A stretch of DNA of 64,000 bases from assembly GCA_946546925.1 (NCBI GenBank), contig CAMNOS010000001.1, forward strand, positions 12,727 through 76,726. The letters are read 5' to 3'. This document shows, piece by piece, positions 29,378-39,704 of the stretch. The DNA is from an uncultured Butyrivibrio sp. (GTDB taxonomy: Bacteria > Bacillota > Clostridia > Lachnospirales > Lachnospiraceae). Both the position numbers and the translations under genes were made by a program. Positions within the stretch are counted from its first letter, which is position 1; every line of letters starts with the position of its first letter. The notes under the pieces were generated by a model that saw only the letters and a list, made by a program, of their open reading frames with translations, made no database searches and was not told the DNA's origin.

Positions 29378-29469
29378 AGGCCTCCGAATTCGCAGCATGC
29401 GAAATAATGTTCATCATCTATACTATATTTTGATTTTACATCATTAAACACACTGCTTCAAGGTTTAAA

Positions 29470-30540
29470 TTAGTCTCCCATGCTGGCAAGCTTTTCTGCC
29501 TGGTCTGCAGCGATCAGGGAATCTATTATCTCATCGATATCCCCGTCCATTATCTGATCTATCTTATAAAGAGTAAGTCCTATCCTGTGGTCTGTGACCC
29601 TCCCCTGATGGAAGTTGTAAGTCCTTATCTTCTCAGATCTATCTCCGCTTCCCACCTGTGAGCGCCTCAGTTCCGATTCCTCGTTGTGCTGTCTCTCCTG
29701 CTCAAGCTCATAGAGCTTGGCCCTTAATACCTTCAGAGCCTTAGCCTTGTTCTGCTGCTGGCTCTTTTCATCCTGACAGGAGATAACGATGCCTGTGGGA
29801 AGATGTGTGAGCCTTACTGCTGAATCCGTGGTATTGACGCACTGACCGCCGTTTCCTGATGCCCTGAACACATCAAATTTGCAGTCATTTAAGTTGATCT
29901 CAACAACCGACTCCTCAACCTCAGGCATTATGGCCACTGTTATGGCCGATGTGTGTATCCTTCCGCCTGATTCCGTTGCGGGAATTCGCTGTACCCTGTG
30001 AACTCCGCTCTCGAATTTGAGCCTTGAGTACGCGCCGTAGCCTTTTATCATAAAGCTCACAGCCTTGATGCCGCCAATCCCTATATCTTCAAGGCTCATG
30101 GTCTCTATTTTCCAGCCCTGTCTCTCAGCGTATCTGGTATATACCCTGAACATATCAGCCGCGAAAAGAGCTGCCTCATCGCCGCCGACGCCTGCCCTTA
30201 TCTCAACTATGACGTTCTTCTCATCGTTGGGGTCCTTGGGAAGAAGGAGTATCCTGAGCTTATTCTCAAGCTCCGGGATCCTGCCCTTGGCCTCAGACAG
30301 CTCATCCCTTAGCATCTCCTTCATCTCCGGGTCGCTCTCTTCATCCAGCATAAGAAGGCTGTCATCTATAGTCTGCCTGCACTTTTTGTACTCGAGGTAG
30401 CACTCAACAAGGGGCTCCAGGTTCTTTTGCTCCTTCATGAGGCTCTTGTACTTCTCCTGGTCGGAGACTACCGAAGGGTCACCCAGCATCATATTTATAT
30501 CTTCAAATCTTCTTAAAATATCTTCCAGTTTATCAAACAT
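29470..30540 (-). CDS. prfA: Peptide chain release factor 1
   Basis: PAT (RF1 PxT motif), [13 protein letters not shown]. Confidence 0.97.
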   Translation of the reverse strand: MFDKLEDILRRFEDINMMLGDPSVVSDQEKYKSLMKEQKNLEPLVECYLEYKKCRQTIDDSLLMLDEESDPEMKEMLRDELSEAKGRIPELENKLRILLLPKDPNDEKNVIVEIRAGVGGDEAALFAADMFRVYTRYAERQGWKIETMSLEDIGIGGIKAVSFMIKGYGAYSRLKFESGVHRVQRIPATESGGRIHTSAITVAIMPEVEESVVEINLNDCKFDVFRASGNGGQCVNTTDSAVRLTHLPTGIVISCQDEKSQQQNKAKALKVLRAKLYELEQERQHNEESELRRSQVGSGDRSEKIRTYNFHQGRVTDHRIGLTLYKIDQIMDGDIDEIIDSLIAADQAEKLASMGD

Positions 30541-30596
30541 ATCTCATCCCTCTTACTCATGCGTGCATGTCAACAGTTGCCGTGACACATACACCG

Positions 30597-31439
30597 CTAG
30601 TAAAAGAAAGCCTTGACCACCCTGTCATTGCCGGAAAAATCCCTGATTACTTCGATGTCATGGAAATGTCCCTCATCTTCAAGGAGCTTTTTAACTTCCT
30701 CGGCCTGATCAAATCCTATCTCCAGGAGGATAAGGCCGCTTGAATACAGATAGTCGCCGGCGCCCCTGATTATTCTCCTGTAAAAGACAAGACCGTCTTC
30801 ATCCCCGTCGAGCGCAAGCCTTGGCTCATAGTCCCTGACTTCAGGCTCAAGGGTATCTATAACGCTACTTTTAATGTAGGGCGGATTCGAAATGAGAATA
30901 TCCGCCTTAACACTGCCTTTTTCAGGGAAAAGATCCGTCTCAATAAATTCTGTCCTGTCAGATAACCCAAGGTCTTCGGCGTTCCTTCGCGCTATCTTCA
31001 AAGCACTTTCTGAAATGTCGGTGCAGACAGCCCTGGTGTCATTGGTATAGGCAAGAACCCCAAGTGCAATGCAGCCGGATCCAGTGCATAGATCCAGTAT
31101 CGTAGCGCCGTCCTGGCAGTATCTCAGAGCTTCTTCAACGAGAAACTCGCTGTCCTGCTCAGGGATGAGAACATCTGTCGACACCGTAAACCTAAGTCCC
31201 ATAAACTCCCAGTATCCGAGAATATAGGCGACAGGCTCTCTCATCGCTCTCCTGCCAATAAGCTCACTGTAGCGCTTCTCCTGCATCTTTGTAAGCACTC
31301 TGTCAGGGTGAGCGTAGAGATCATTCTGGGCAGTTGCGCATACATGTTCCAAAAGAAGCCGGGCATCAAGCTTAGCTTCCGTGATCCCGACTCCTTCAAG
31401 TTGTTCTATTCCTTTTGTATAGGCACTTATATAATCCAT
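30597..31439 (-). CDS. prmC: Release factor glutamine methyltransferase
   Basis: LDLCTGSG, SNPPY; adjacent to prfA. Confidence 0.95.
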   Translation of the reverse strand: MDYISAYTKGIEQLEGVGITEAKLDARLLLEHVCATAQNDLYAHPDRVLTKMQEKRYSELIGRRAMREPVAYILGYWEFMGLRFTVSTDVLIPEQDSEFLVEEALRYCQDGATILDLCTGSGCIALGVLAYTNDTRAVCTDISESALKIARRNAEDLGLSDRTEFIETDLFPEKGSVKADILISNPPYIKSSVIDTLEPEVRDYEPRLALDGDEDGLVFYRRIIRGAGDYLYSSGLILLEIGFDQAEEVKKLLEDEGHFHDIEVIRDFSGNDRVVKAFFY

Positions 31440-31454
31440 AAGCCAAATCCGCCA

Positions 31455-32435
31455 TCAGGAGCGGTCCTCTTCATACTCCTCTTCAGTATCGATTCCAAAT
31501 GAGTCCTTAAGAAACTCCTTCCAGTCAAAAACAGCCTCAACGGACTTAATGGCGACCTCAATCATGTCATCGTCAGGCTCTTTGGTCGTGAGCCTCTGAA
31601 GCCACAGCCCTGGTGCCGAAATGAGTCTTATCAGAAAGAAATCCGTCTTGCCCGCAAGTCTTATTATCTCATAGGATATTCCCGAAATAACAGGGATCAG
31701 AAGTATCCTAAGGCCAATCCTCCAGACAAGCGAATCAACCCTTATAAAGAAAAACAGCACTATGCTCACCAGCATTACAAACAGAATAAAGCTGCTTCCG
31801 CACCTCTTGTGAAGGCGCGAGCTTCTCCTGACATTGTCAACAGTAAGCTCTCTTCCCCTCTCAATGCAGTTGATACACTTGTGCTCGGCTCCGTGATACA
31901 TAAAGAGCCTTTTTATATCCTTCATCCTGGAAATAAGGAGTATGTAGAGGATGAATATGAATATCCTCAGAACTCCCTCTACTATTGCCACTATCGATTC
32001 ATTCCTCGCATATCTGGAGAGGTATTCCGAAAGAAGATATGGAAGGACCATAAAGAGTCCTATGGCAAAGGCAAAGGATAAAAGCGTTGTGAACACCATG
32101 AGGAAGGTGTCCTCGTGTCCGCTTGATACCTTGTCTATCTCCTCGTCAAACTTCGTCGGCTTCTCATCCGCCTCCTCATAGAATGAGGATGAATAATTCA
32201 GAGACTTAAGTCCCAGGATCAGGGAGTCAGCAAATACGAACACACCCCTTACAAACGGAATTGACAGAAGCTTGCTGCCGTATCCGATCCCGTGGTACTC
32301 ATCCACCTCCACTGCAATATCGCCGTCCGGCTTTCTTACAGCAACGGCGTACATGTCCTTATTCTTCATCATAACGCCTTCAAGAACGGCCTGTCCGCCG
32401 ATTCCCGAATAGTGTCTAATCTTTCTTCTCTTCAT
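31455..32435 (-). CDS. DUF1385 membrane protein
   Basis: IGGQAVLEGVMM, YHGAEHK, HKRCGSSF. Confidence 0.9.
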   Translation of the reverse strand: MKRRKIRHYSGIGGQAVLEGVMMKNKDMYAVAVRKPDGDIAVEVDEYHGIGYGSKLLSIPFVRGVFVFADSLILGLKSLNYSSSFYEEADEKPTKFDEEIDKVSSGHEDTFLMVFTTLLSFAFAIGLFMVLPYLLSEYLSRYARNESIVAIVEGVLRIFIFILYILLISRMKDIKRLFMYHGAEHKCINCIERGRELTVDNVRRSSRLHKRCGSSFILFVMLVSIVLFFFIRVDSLVWRIGLRILLIPVISGISYEIIRLAGKTDFFLIRLISAPGLWLQRLTTKEPDDDMIEVAIKSVEAVFDWKEFLKDSFGIDTEEEYEEDRS

Positions 32436-32462
32436 AGCTTCACCTTGCAGTTGCAGTCTTAG

Positions 32463-32497
32463 AAAAAAAGAGGCTGAGGCTAAATGCCTCAACCTCT
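32463..32497 (-). terminator. Intrinsic terminator after rpmE
   Basis: AGAGGCTGAGGC-taaat-GCCTCAACCTCT hairpin with a U-tract on the minus strand. Confidence 0.7.
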
Positions 32498-32530
32498 AAA
32501 GCTTCAAAAACTGATATGAACCTTATAAAA

Positions 32531-32737
32531 TTACTTGTTGTCCATGCCGTATTTCTTGTTGAACTTATCAATACGTCCACGAGCAGCTGTAGCCTTCTGT
32601 GTTCCTGTGTAGAACGGATGGCACTTTGAGCAGATTTCTACGTGAATCTCGCTCTTTGTTGATCCAACAGTAAATGTGTTACCGCAGTTGCATGTAACTG
32701 TTGCCTGATGGAATTCCGGCTGAATGTCCTGTCTCAT
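32531..32737 (-). CDS. rpmE: 50S ribosomal protein L31 (Zn-binding type)
   Basis: CNCG...[10 protein letters not shown]. Confidence 0.97.
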   Translation of the reverse strand: MRQDIQPEFHQATVTCNCGNTFTVGSTKSEIHVEICSKCHPFYTGTQKATAARGRIDKFNKKYGMDNK

Positions 32738-32865
32738 CTCTTATCACCTCACTATATAACAAAATTTCTTCTTATCAACTATAGAAACCACTGTTTAACA
32801 ACAGCTAGATAACTATAACATAATAATTCTACCAAAGCAAGTACTTTTTTTAATCTGTATTCTTT

Positions 32866-33486
32866 TTACCTGAGGTACTTCTTCAATTTGCTCCTGACCC
32901 TCTGCATGGCATTGTCGGTGGACTTCTCGTCCCTTCCGAGGACCTTGGCGATTGTCCGGATGCTCATTCCCGTTATGTACAGGTCAAGGACCTGCCGTTC
33001 GAAGTCGCTCAGCTCCTTTTCTATATTCTCCTCAAGAGCCTTTAAGTTCTCACGGTCGATGACGTACTGTTCCGGAATAAGCTGAGAGTCCGATTCAAGC
33101 AGATCTTCATAGGTCAGCTCTGTGTCTTTCTCAGAATCTTCCCTCGTTGCATATATGGAGATATAACTGTTCAGCGGAGCGTGCTTCTTCCTTGATAAGG
33201 ACTTGATCGCCGAGTACATCTGTCTCGAGATACACAGGTCTGCAAAAGTCGAAAAACTCGCATCCCTTCCTATGTCATAATCCCTTACAGCCTTAAAGAG
33301 CCCTATCATGCCCTCCTGGATCAGGTCGTCCTTGTCGGCTCCCAGAATATACATGGATGAAGCTTTTTTGCGGACCATATCCTTGTACTTGTTCATGATG
33401 TGGTCGATGATGTCAGATCCGGCGCCGTCATGTATCTGAATAACCAGCTGCTCATCGCTTATGCCGCTGTATTTAGAGTAGCTCAT
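32866..33486 (-). CDS. sigH: RNA polymerase sigma factor SigH
   Basis: DLIQEGMIGLFKAVRDY, KSTDNAMQR; canonical position after rlmB. Confidence 0.9.
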   Translation of the reverse strand: MSYSKYSGISDEQLVIQIHDGAGSDIIDHIMNKYKDMVRKKASSMYILGADKDDLIQEGMIGLFKAVRDYDIGRDASFSTFADLCISRQMYSAIKSLSRKKHAPLNSYISIYATREDSEKDTELTYEDLLESDSQLIPEQYVIDRENLKALEENIEKELSDFERQVLDLYITGMSIRTIAKVLGRDEKSTDNAMQRVRSKLKKYLR

Positions 33487-33488
33487 TT

Positions 33489-34244
33489 TTAAAGACTCCT
33501 CTGTCTCACAACTTCAAAGGCAAGTATACCTGCCGCAACCGAAGCATTAAGAGAATCAATGTCTCCCTTCATGGGTATCGAAGCAACCATGTCGCACTTC
33601 TGTCTTACAAGTCTTGAGACTCCGCTTCCCTCATTGCCTATCACAAGTCCGATGGGGCCCTTAAGATTGAGGTCATACATCCTTGTCCCGCCCATGTCCG
33701 CGCAGGCAAACCACAGGCCTTTTTCCTTGAGCTCCTCTATCGTATTGGAGATATTGGTCACCTTCACAACAGGTGTGTAGTTGATGGCACCTGCAGATGC
33801 CTTGGCAACTGTGGCTGTAAGACCAACCGCCCTGTTCCTGGGTATGATGACGCCGTGGGCACCCGATAGATTGGCAGTTCTGATTATGGCTCCAAGGTTG
33901 TGGGGGTCCTCTATTCCGTCAAGGATAAGGACAAAGGGGTCCTCATTGCGCAGCTGTGCCAGTGCAAATATATCCTCCATCTCAGCGTAGCTGTAGGCTG
34001 CTGCGATTGCAATGACGCCCTGGTGCTTGCCGGTCTCAGACATCTGATCCAGTCTCTCTTTTGAGACGAACTTGATAAGTGTCTGGTGCTTTTTGGCCTC
34101 GCGCCTTATCGTGGATACAGGTCCGTCCTGACAGCCGTCAAGAATATATATCTTATCAATTGTCTTGCCCGAGCGAAAAGCTTCGATGACGGCATTTCTG
34201 CCTTCTATCCTCTCTTCTGCGGGTGTCAGATTTTCTTTTTCCAT
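33489..34244 (-). CDS. rlmB: 23S rRNA Gm2251 methyltransferase
   Basis: DPHNLGAIIR, GNEGSG, SLNASVA SPOUT motifs. Confidence 0.94.
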   Translation of the reverse strand: MEKENLTPAEERIEGRNAVIEAFRSGKTIDKIYILDGCQDGPVSTIRREAKKHQTLIKFVSKERLDQMSETGKHQGVIAIAAAYSYAEMEDIFALAQLRNEDPFVLILDGIEDPHNLGAIIRTANLSGAHGVIIPRNRAVGLTATVAKASAGAINYTPVVKVTNISNTIEELKEKGLWFACADMGGTRMYDLNLKGPIGLVIGNEGSGVSRLVRQKCDMVASIPMKGDIDSLNASVAAGILAFEVVRQRSL

Positions 34245-34270
34245 TAGTAATACCTCAGTAACTGTGGTTG

Positions 34271-34708
34271 TCAAAAGAGCTTAAGGCCGCACTTTTCTGC
34301 GCCGGTCTTCACGATATACAGGACTCTCTCCATGTCTCCTCTGAGGTAGAGAAAACCTATAACGGCTTCAAGTCCCGTAGCCTCAAGATATTCCATAGTT
34401 GAAGCGTTCTTGGCCCTTGTGTGGGGCTTGGAATTGCGCCCTCTCCGGTAGATGTCCCTTTCTTCCTCTGTCAGTTCATCCATGATAGCTGCTGCAACAG
34501 CTGACTGGGCGGGTGCTTTGACAATGGCCGACGCCCTCTTGTGGAGTTTATTGACCGCAGTGTTGCCCTCGTTGACCAGAACTGACCTAATAATGAGGTC
34601 ATATACAGCATCACCGATATAGGCAAGAGTGAGAGGTGAATAGGTCCTTATGTCCTTGTGATCAATTCCAAAGCCTCTGTTTATAAACTCATTTAAATTA
34701 TCTGCCAT
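34271..34708 (-). CDS. mrnC: Mini-ribonuclease III
   Basis: LAYIGDAVY, RRGRN, ATGLEAVIGFLY. Confidence 0.93.
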   Translation of the reverse strand: MADNLNEFINRGFGIDHKDIRTYSPLTLAYIGDAVYDLIIRSVLVNEGNTAVNKLHKRASAIVKAPAQSAVAAAIMDELTEEERDIYRRGRNSKPHTRAKNASTMEYLEATGLEAVIGFLYLRGDMERVLYIVKTGAEKCGLKLF

Positions 34709-36117
34709 TTGACTCCCTCGCGGGTATCCTTGATCTCCACGCCCTTCTTAAGGAGCTCATCTCTTATGGCATCTGCCGTGGCAAAGTCCCTGGCCTTCTT
34801 GGCTTCTGCTCTCTTTGCGATCTGCTCCTCAACGTATCTTGCAAGCTCAGGATCCACATCCGTGCCTTCTGAAAGAGCCCTGGCATGACCGATAAGATCA
34901 AGTGAAAGGACCCTGTCAAAGCTTTCTACAAGTGCGAGCTTGGTGGCATCATTGGTATCAGCCTTAAGTGCATCGTATAGAACAGTTATGGCCATTGAAG
35001 TATTGAGGTCATTGGAAACCGCATCCCTGAACTTTCCTTCAAATTCTGCCTTGACATTTTCGTCTACTGCTCCGTCATTCTTAAGCTCTGCAACTCTCTT
35101 TATAAGCTTGTTGAACACCTGCACGTTGCTGTCGAGAACGTCAAAAGAGAATTCGAGAGGCTTGCGATAGTGTGACTGCAGGCAGAAGAACCTGTAGACG
35201 AGGGGATCGTATCCTTTTTCCTGAAGGAGGGAAACTGTGAGAACAGCGCCCTTGGACTTACTCATCTTGCCTGCCCTGTCGTTTAAGTGATTGGAGTGGA
35301 ACCAATAATTGCACCACTTATGTCCAAGGTAGCTCTCAGACTGGGCGATCTCATTGGTGTGGTGAGGGAACATGTTGTCAACACCGCCGCAGTGGATGTC
35401 GAGCCTATCTCCAAGGTGCTTCATGGAGATGCAGGAGCACTCGATGTGCCAGCCAGGGTAACCAACGCCCCAGGGGCTGTCCCACTTAAGGGCCTGATCC
35501 TCGAACTTGGACTTGGTGAACCAGAGAACAAAGTCAGTCTTGTTCTTCTTGTTGGTATCTTCCTCAACGTCGTCTCTTACGCCGACTTCAAGCTGTTCCT
35601 TTTCGATCGCTGATGAGAAGACGTAATAATCTGTGAGCTTTGAAGTGTCAAAGTAGATATTGCCGCCGGCCTTGTAGGCAAAGCCCTTTTCAAGCAGTAC
35701 CTCGATCATGTGGATAAACTCAGGGATGCAGGCTGTTGCAGGCTCTGTTACATCGGGCATTTTGTTGCCGACAGCCTGAAAGTCCTTAAAGAACGCATCG
35801 GTGTAGAATCTGGCGATCTCCATGACCGTCTTGTGCTCTCTCTTTGCACCTGTCAGCATCTTGTCCTCGCCGGTGTCCGCATCGGAAGAAAGATGTCCAA
35901 CATCCGTGATATTCATTACACGCTTGACGTCATATCCGGCGTACTCCAGCGCCTTGACCAGTACATCCTGCATGATGTAGGTCCTGATGTTGCCTATATG
36001 CGCGTAGTGGTATACGGTAGGTCCGCAGGTGTACATGGAGACCTTCCCGGGAACAAGCGGGACAAAGGGCTCCACGCTTCTTGTAAGTGAATTATAAAAA
36101 CTAAAATTCTCAGCCAT
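34693..36117 (-). CDS. cysS: Cysteinyl-tRNA synthetase
   Basis: CGPTVY, HIGN, PGWHIECS, KMSKS. Confidence 0.97.
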   Translation of the reverse strand: MAENFSFYNSLTRSVEPFVPLVPGKVSMYTCGPTVYHYAHIGNIRTYIMQDVLVKALEYAGYDVKRVMNITDVGHLSSDADTGEDKMLTGAKREHKTVMEIARFYTDAFFKDFQAVGNKMPDVTEPATACIPEFIHMIEVLLEKGFAYKAGGNIYFDTSKLTDYYVFSSAIEKEQLEVGVRDDVEEDTNKKNKTDFVLWFTKSKFEDQALKWDSPWGVGYPGWHIECSCISMKHLGDRLDIHCGGVDNMFPHHTNEIAQSESYLGHKWCNYWFHSNHLNDRAGKMSKSKGAVLTVSLLQEKGYDPLVYRFFCLQSHYRKPLEFSFDVLDSNVQVFNKLIKRVAELKNDGAVDENVKAEFEGKFRDAVSNDLNTSMAITVLYDALKADTNDATKLALVESFDRVLSLDLIGHARALSEGTDVDPELARYVEEQIAKRAEAKKARDFATADAIRDELLKKGVEIKDTREGVKWQII

Positions 36118-36175
36118 TACTTATCTCCTCCGATTAAGTGGTTAATCTCAATTGCTCATATCAGGTCTTAAATAT

Positions 36176-36718
36176 TCATCCTCTGTCACAGCCCTGACAG
36201 CCGGGACATGCGGCGCCATCCCCATATACCGAGCTGAAAGCATCCATGGGACTTGTCAGAAGGCATACCGCCTGGGATGAAATACCCTCTCCCTTTCCGG
36301 TAAAGCCAAGTCCCTCCTCAGTGGTTGCCTTGACATTGACCTGGGACATCTCGATCCGCAGAGCCTGAGCTATATTTATCCTCATCTCATCAATAAAGGG
36401 CCTCATCTTAGGCGCCTGGGCAATAATTGTGGCATCGATATTCTCGATGACGTAATGTTCCTTATCTATAAGAGCTGCGACCTCTTTGAGAAGAGCTATC
36501 GAATCAGCTCCCTTATACTTAGGGTCGCTGTCCGGGAAGTGAAGTCCGATATCCCCCAGCGCTGCAGCTCCCAAAATGGCATCCATTATGGCGTGCAGGA
36601 GGACATCCGCATCCGAATGCCCAAGAAGCCCCTTCTCATAGGGGATCTTAACGCCTCCTACAATGAGGTCTCTCCCCTCAACAAGTTTATGTACATCGTA
36701 TCCCATTCCTATACGCAT
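36176..36718 (-). CDS. ispF: 2-C-methyl-D-erythritol 2,4-cyclodiphosphate synthase
   Basis: [22 protein letters not shown]; start at 36718. Confidence 0.96.
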   Translation of the reverse strand: MRIGMGYDVHKLVEGRDLIVGGVKIPYEKGLLGHSDADVLLHAIMDAILGAAALGDIGLHFPDSDPKYKGADSIALLKEVAALIDKEHYVIENIDATIIAQAPKMRPFIDEMRINIAQALRIEMSQVNVKATTEEGLGFTGKGEGISSQAVCLLTSPMDAFSSVYGDGAACPGCQGCDRG

Positions 36719-36737
36719 ATCAATATTCCTTTCAATT

Positions 36738-37043
36738 TCAGTGTAAAAAGAGTTCCGCAACAAATGCAGCTGCGCAGGAAAAACCTGCAACCGTAAGAAG
36801 GCTCTTTTTGTTAAAGGCAAGCACAAGTGCAACTATAAATCCGATGACCGAGGATAAAAAAAAGTCTGTAGCACTCAGGATCGCCGGAAATGTCATGGCA
36901 GCAAGCGTCGCATAGGGAACATAATACAAAAAGGACTTGATGAAATCACTCTTTATCTCTTTTCGTATCAGAGTCAGCGGAAGCGCCCTTATAAGGTATG
37001 TGACAAACGCCATAAGGAGGATATAAAGGTAAACTCTGCTCAT
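36738..37043 (-). CDS. azlD: AzlD-domain exporter subunit
   Basis: TYLIRALP...FLYYVP; follows azlC. Confidence 0.85.
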   Translation of the reverse strand: MSRVYLYILLMAFVTYLIRALPLTLIRKEIKSDFIKSFLYYVPYATLAAMTFPAILSATDFFLSSVIGFIVALVLAFNKKSLLTVAGFSCAAAFVAELFLH

Positions 37044-37807
37044 GCCCTGTTCACCTCCTCATTATGTCCCTGCGGATCTGACTGTTCATCAGTCACAGGC
37101 GCCAGGACTGCCGCACCCGCAGCCACGGCCACTGTTACTATTATAATCCGAAACCCCGATGAAATGTGGCTCTCAAGATATGGTACATAAGTAAATATCG
37201 TGCTAATTCCCATCGCTGCAAGGACCACGAATAGAAGTGCCCTGCTCGTCCTGGTATCCGGAATGATTATCGCTATGAACATTCCGTAGATTGCAAGTCC
37301 CAGACAGCTTATGAGCCTGTGAGGAAGGAGCTGCCCTGAAAAAGCACCGAGCACCGTTCCAAACACCCAGCCAAAGACTGATGTTGCGATAAGTCCGTAG
37401 GAGTACAGCGGCTCCAGCTTACCTTTTCTGAGGACGCTTAATGCGAAGATTTCATCTGTCACTCCGTAGGATATCCCCATCCTGTGGAGCGTCCCGACTT
37501 TGGAGTCGAGCTTTTGCGAAAGAGCCGTACTCATGAGCATATATCGCAGGTTGATTATAAACTGAAGGATTGCAAGCTCGATAAAGCTTCCGTTTCTCGC
37601 GATCACGTCGAGGGCCGAAAACTGCCCTGCACTGGTGACATTGAGAAGTGATGTCATTGCTGCCTGAAAAGTGCTCATCCCTATCTTGGATGCCTCGATT
37701 CCAAAAGCAAAAGACACGGCTACATATCCAAGGCAGATGGGAATCGCATCCCTGCAGCCCTCCTTGAAATCCTTAAAACTCCCAACATTCATTCTTTCTA
37801 TCTCCAA
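37040..37807 (-). CDS. azlC: AzlC-family branched-chain amino-acid exporter
   Basis: PICLGY, SAGQF, INLRY, TDEIFA. Confidence 0.9.
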   Translation of the reverse strand: MEIERMNVGSFKDFKEGCRDAIPICLGYVAVSFAFGIEASKIGMSTFQAAMTSLLNVTSAGQFSALDVIARNGSFIELAILQFIINLRYMLMSTALSQKLDSKVGTLHRMGISYGVTDEIFALSVLRKGKLEPLYSYGLIATSVFGWVFGTVLGAFSGQLLPHRLISCLGLAIYGMFIAIIIPDTRTSRALLFVVLAAMGISTIFTYVPYLESHISSGFRIIIVTVAVAAGAAVLAPVTDEQSDPQGHNEEVNRA

Positions 37808-37820
37808 ATCCCCGTCAGTA

Positions 37821-39011
37821 TCACAGACTGCCTAATCTCTCCAATACTACTGCTATCTTACATCCCGCAGGAAGGCTCCCCTGTACCATTGCAGGGCTTC
37901 CGCCGCCCCTGGCTCCAAACTCATCCCTTAGCATTTCCTGGAGAGGCTTTAAGTCCCTGCCCTCTAAGCCGCTTGCTATCACATATCTGTATCCGCCTTG
38001 CGTGCTTGCCGCGAACACGCCGCAAAAGCCGCTGTGAACCTTAGACAGGGCGTTGACGGTATTTCTTATTATGTTCTGATCAAGACCCTCTTCCTTGACG
38101 AGATATACGTCCTTAAGTCCGGGATCTATTTCGGCAAGCTCATAGGAAATCAGCTTCTCACGAAGTAAAGACAGCTCACCCTTTAAAGAGTATATATCTT
38201 CCGACATTCTCTTTACCGATCCCGCAAGCTTATCCCTTCCGGTGGTGAGAAGAGCTGTCAGGTCCGCAACTACCTGCTGGTCCTGCCTGATATACATAAG
38301 GGCCCTTTCTCCGCACAGGATGTTGACTCTTATGCCGCCCTTGTAGTTCTGGGTCTTTATCACCTTCAAAAGCCCGATTTCTCCGGTCCTTGCCACATGC
38401 GGTGCGCAGCAGGCACAGATATCAACCCCGGGGATCGTCACGATCCTTATGTCCCCGGTGAGCTCTTTTTTACTTCTGTACTCTATATCAGCAAGTTCCT
38501 CATCTGACGGAAAAGAGCAGTCAACTTCCAGATTCTTCCAGATGGCTTCGTTGGCCTTAAGTTCCACCATGGCGATATCTTCAGAAGTCATTGGCCCGTT
38601 GTAGTCCATTGTGACCTCGCTGTCACTTAGGTGAAATCCCACATTGTCATAACCGAACATGGAATGCACAATGCCGGAAAAGATATGCTCCCCTGTATGC
38701 TGCTGCATGTTACTGAAGCGCCCGGCCATGTCGATCCTGCCGCGGACTTTAGAACCGGGATGAAGCTCTGCGCCGATCTCGTGCGTCACTACTCCATCTT
38801 CTATTGAGACGTATCTGACTTCATGGCTGTTACCCTGTTCATCCGTGATAAAGCCCCTGTCACAGCTCTGCCCGCCCTGTTCGGGGAAAAATGCCGTCCT
38901 GTCCAGTGACACAAAAAAACTGCCCTTATCCCCCTTGATGCAGGAGGTGACAGTGGCATCAAACTCTTCTGTATATGCGCTTTCGTAATAAAGTTCCTTC
39001 GTCCTGACCAT
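37821..39011 (-). CDS. Alanyl-tRNA editing protein (AlaX with DHHA1)
   Basis: MQQHTGEH, CACCAPH, GGG near the C-terminus. Confidence 0.9.
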   Translation of the reverse strand: MVRTKELYYESAYTEEFDATVTSCIKGDKGSFFVSLDRTAFFPEQGGQSCDRGFITDEQGNSHEVRYVSIEDGVVTHEIGAELHPGSKVRGRIDMAGRFSNMQQHTGEHIFSGIVHSMFGYDNVGFHLSDSEVTMDYNGPMTSEDIAMVELKANEAIWKNLEVDCSFPSDEELADIEYRSKKELTGDIRIVTIPGVDICACCAPHVARTGEIGLLKVIKTQNYKGGIRVNILCGERALMYIRQDQQVVADLTALLTTGRDKLAGSVKRMSEDIYSLKGELSLLREKLISYELAEIDPGLKDVYLVKEEGLDQNIIRNTVNALSKVHSGFCGVFAASTQGGYRYVIASGLEGRDLKPLQEMLRDEFGARGGGSPAMVQGSLPAGCKIAVVLERLGSL

Positions 39012-39063
39012 AGACTACATTTTACAAAACTACGGGCTGCATTGCAATAAAAAAGAGACTGCA

Positions 39064-39582
39064 CTAGGCAGTCTCAAGTGGTAACTGTGAAAGTTCATCC
39101 AGAACTCTCTTCTTGACATCATCCTTGTCGGACTTGAGTGCAAAAGCAAGTTCTGTGTACAAAAGCTTCTCAGCCATGGCGAGATATCTCTCATTGAGAG
39201 ATGCAAATTTCTTGCCCTCTGCCTCCCTTAAGGCCTTGATCTTGCGAAGGGTCTTGATAAGGCTCATCATCTCATCTGCCAGGTTGCGCTTGATCACCTC
39301 AAAGATCACCGGCTCCGCCTTCTTGCCCTCGGGGAGCTCGATCTCTGCTGCATATTCTATCTCGTCGATAAGTTCTACCGCGTCGTCTTCTCCGATGACG
39401 TCGCGGATTTTGTTCTCTGCACCGTCAACCGGAACATAGAGAATGCTGCCTGTATCTACTGCCGAAACCATCTGGTAATAATCTTTTTCTTTGCCCCGCT
39501 CCAGGAACGATGGGACCAGAATATCCTGTACCCTGCAGAGGCCGTGGTTGCCGTAAATTACACATTCTCCAACTTTTAACAT
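39064..39582 (-). CDS. carD: CarD-family transcription factor
   Basis: VIYGNHGLCRV..., C-terminal AEKLLYTELAFAL. Confidence 0.85.
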   Translation of the reverse strand: MLKVGECVIYGNHGLCRVQDILVPSFLERGKEKDYYQMVSAVDTGSILYVPVDGAENKIRDVIGEDDAVELIDEIEYAAEIELPEGKKAEPVIFEVIKRNLADEMMSLIKTLRKIKALREAEGKKFASLNERYLAMAEKLLYTELAFALKSDKDDVKKRVLDELSQLPLETA

Positions 39583-39704
39583 CGCTTTCCTCCTTATCTT
39601 CAGAATCTGTTAAAAACCTGCCGCGCCGAAAGCGCTTACAGATAATATTCTATCACATTATTACGGTTTTTGTAACATTTAATTTTGCACAAAAATGTGA
39701 ATTT

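Noticed and set aside
29470-30540. prfB with a programmed frameshift
   Set aside because: Continuous ORF with the PAT motif of RF1, not SPF.
36118-36175. T-box leader for cysS
   Set aside because: The intergenic gap is only ~58 bp and has no T-box motif.
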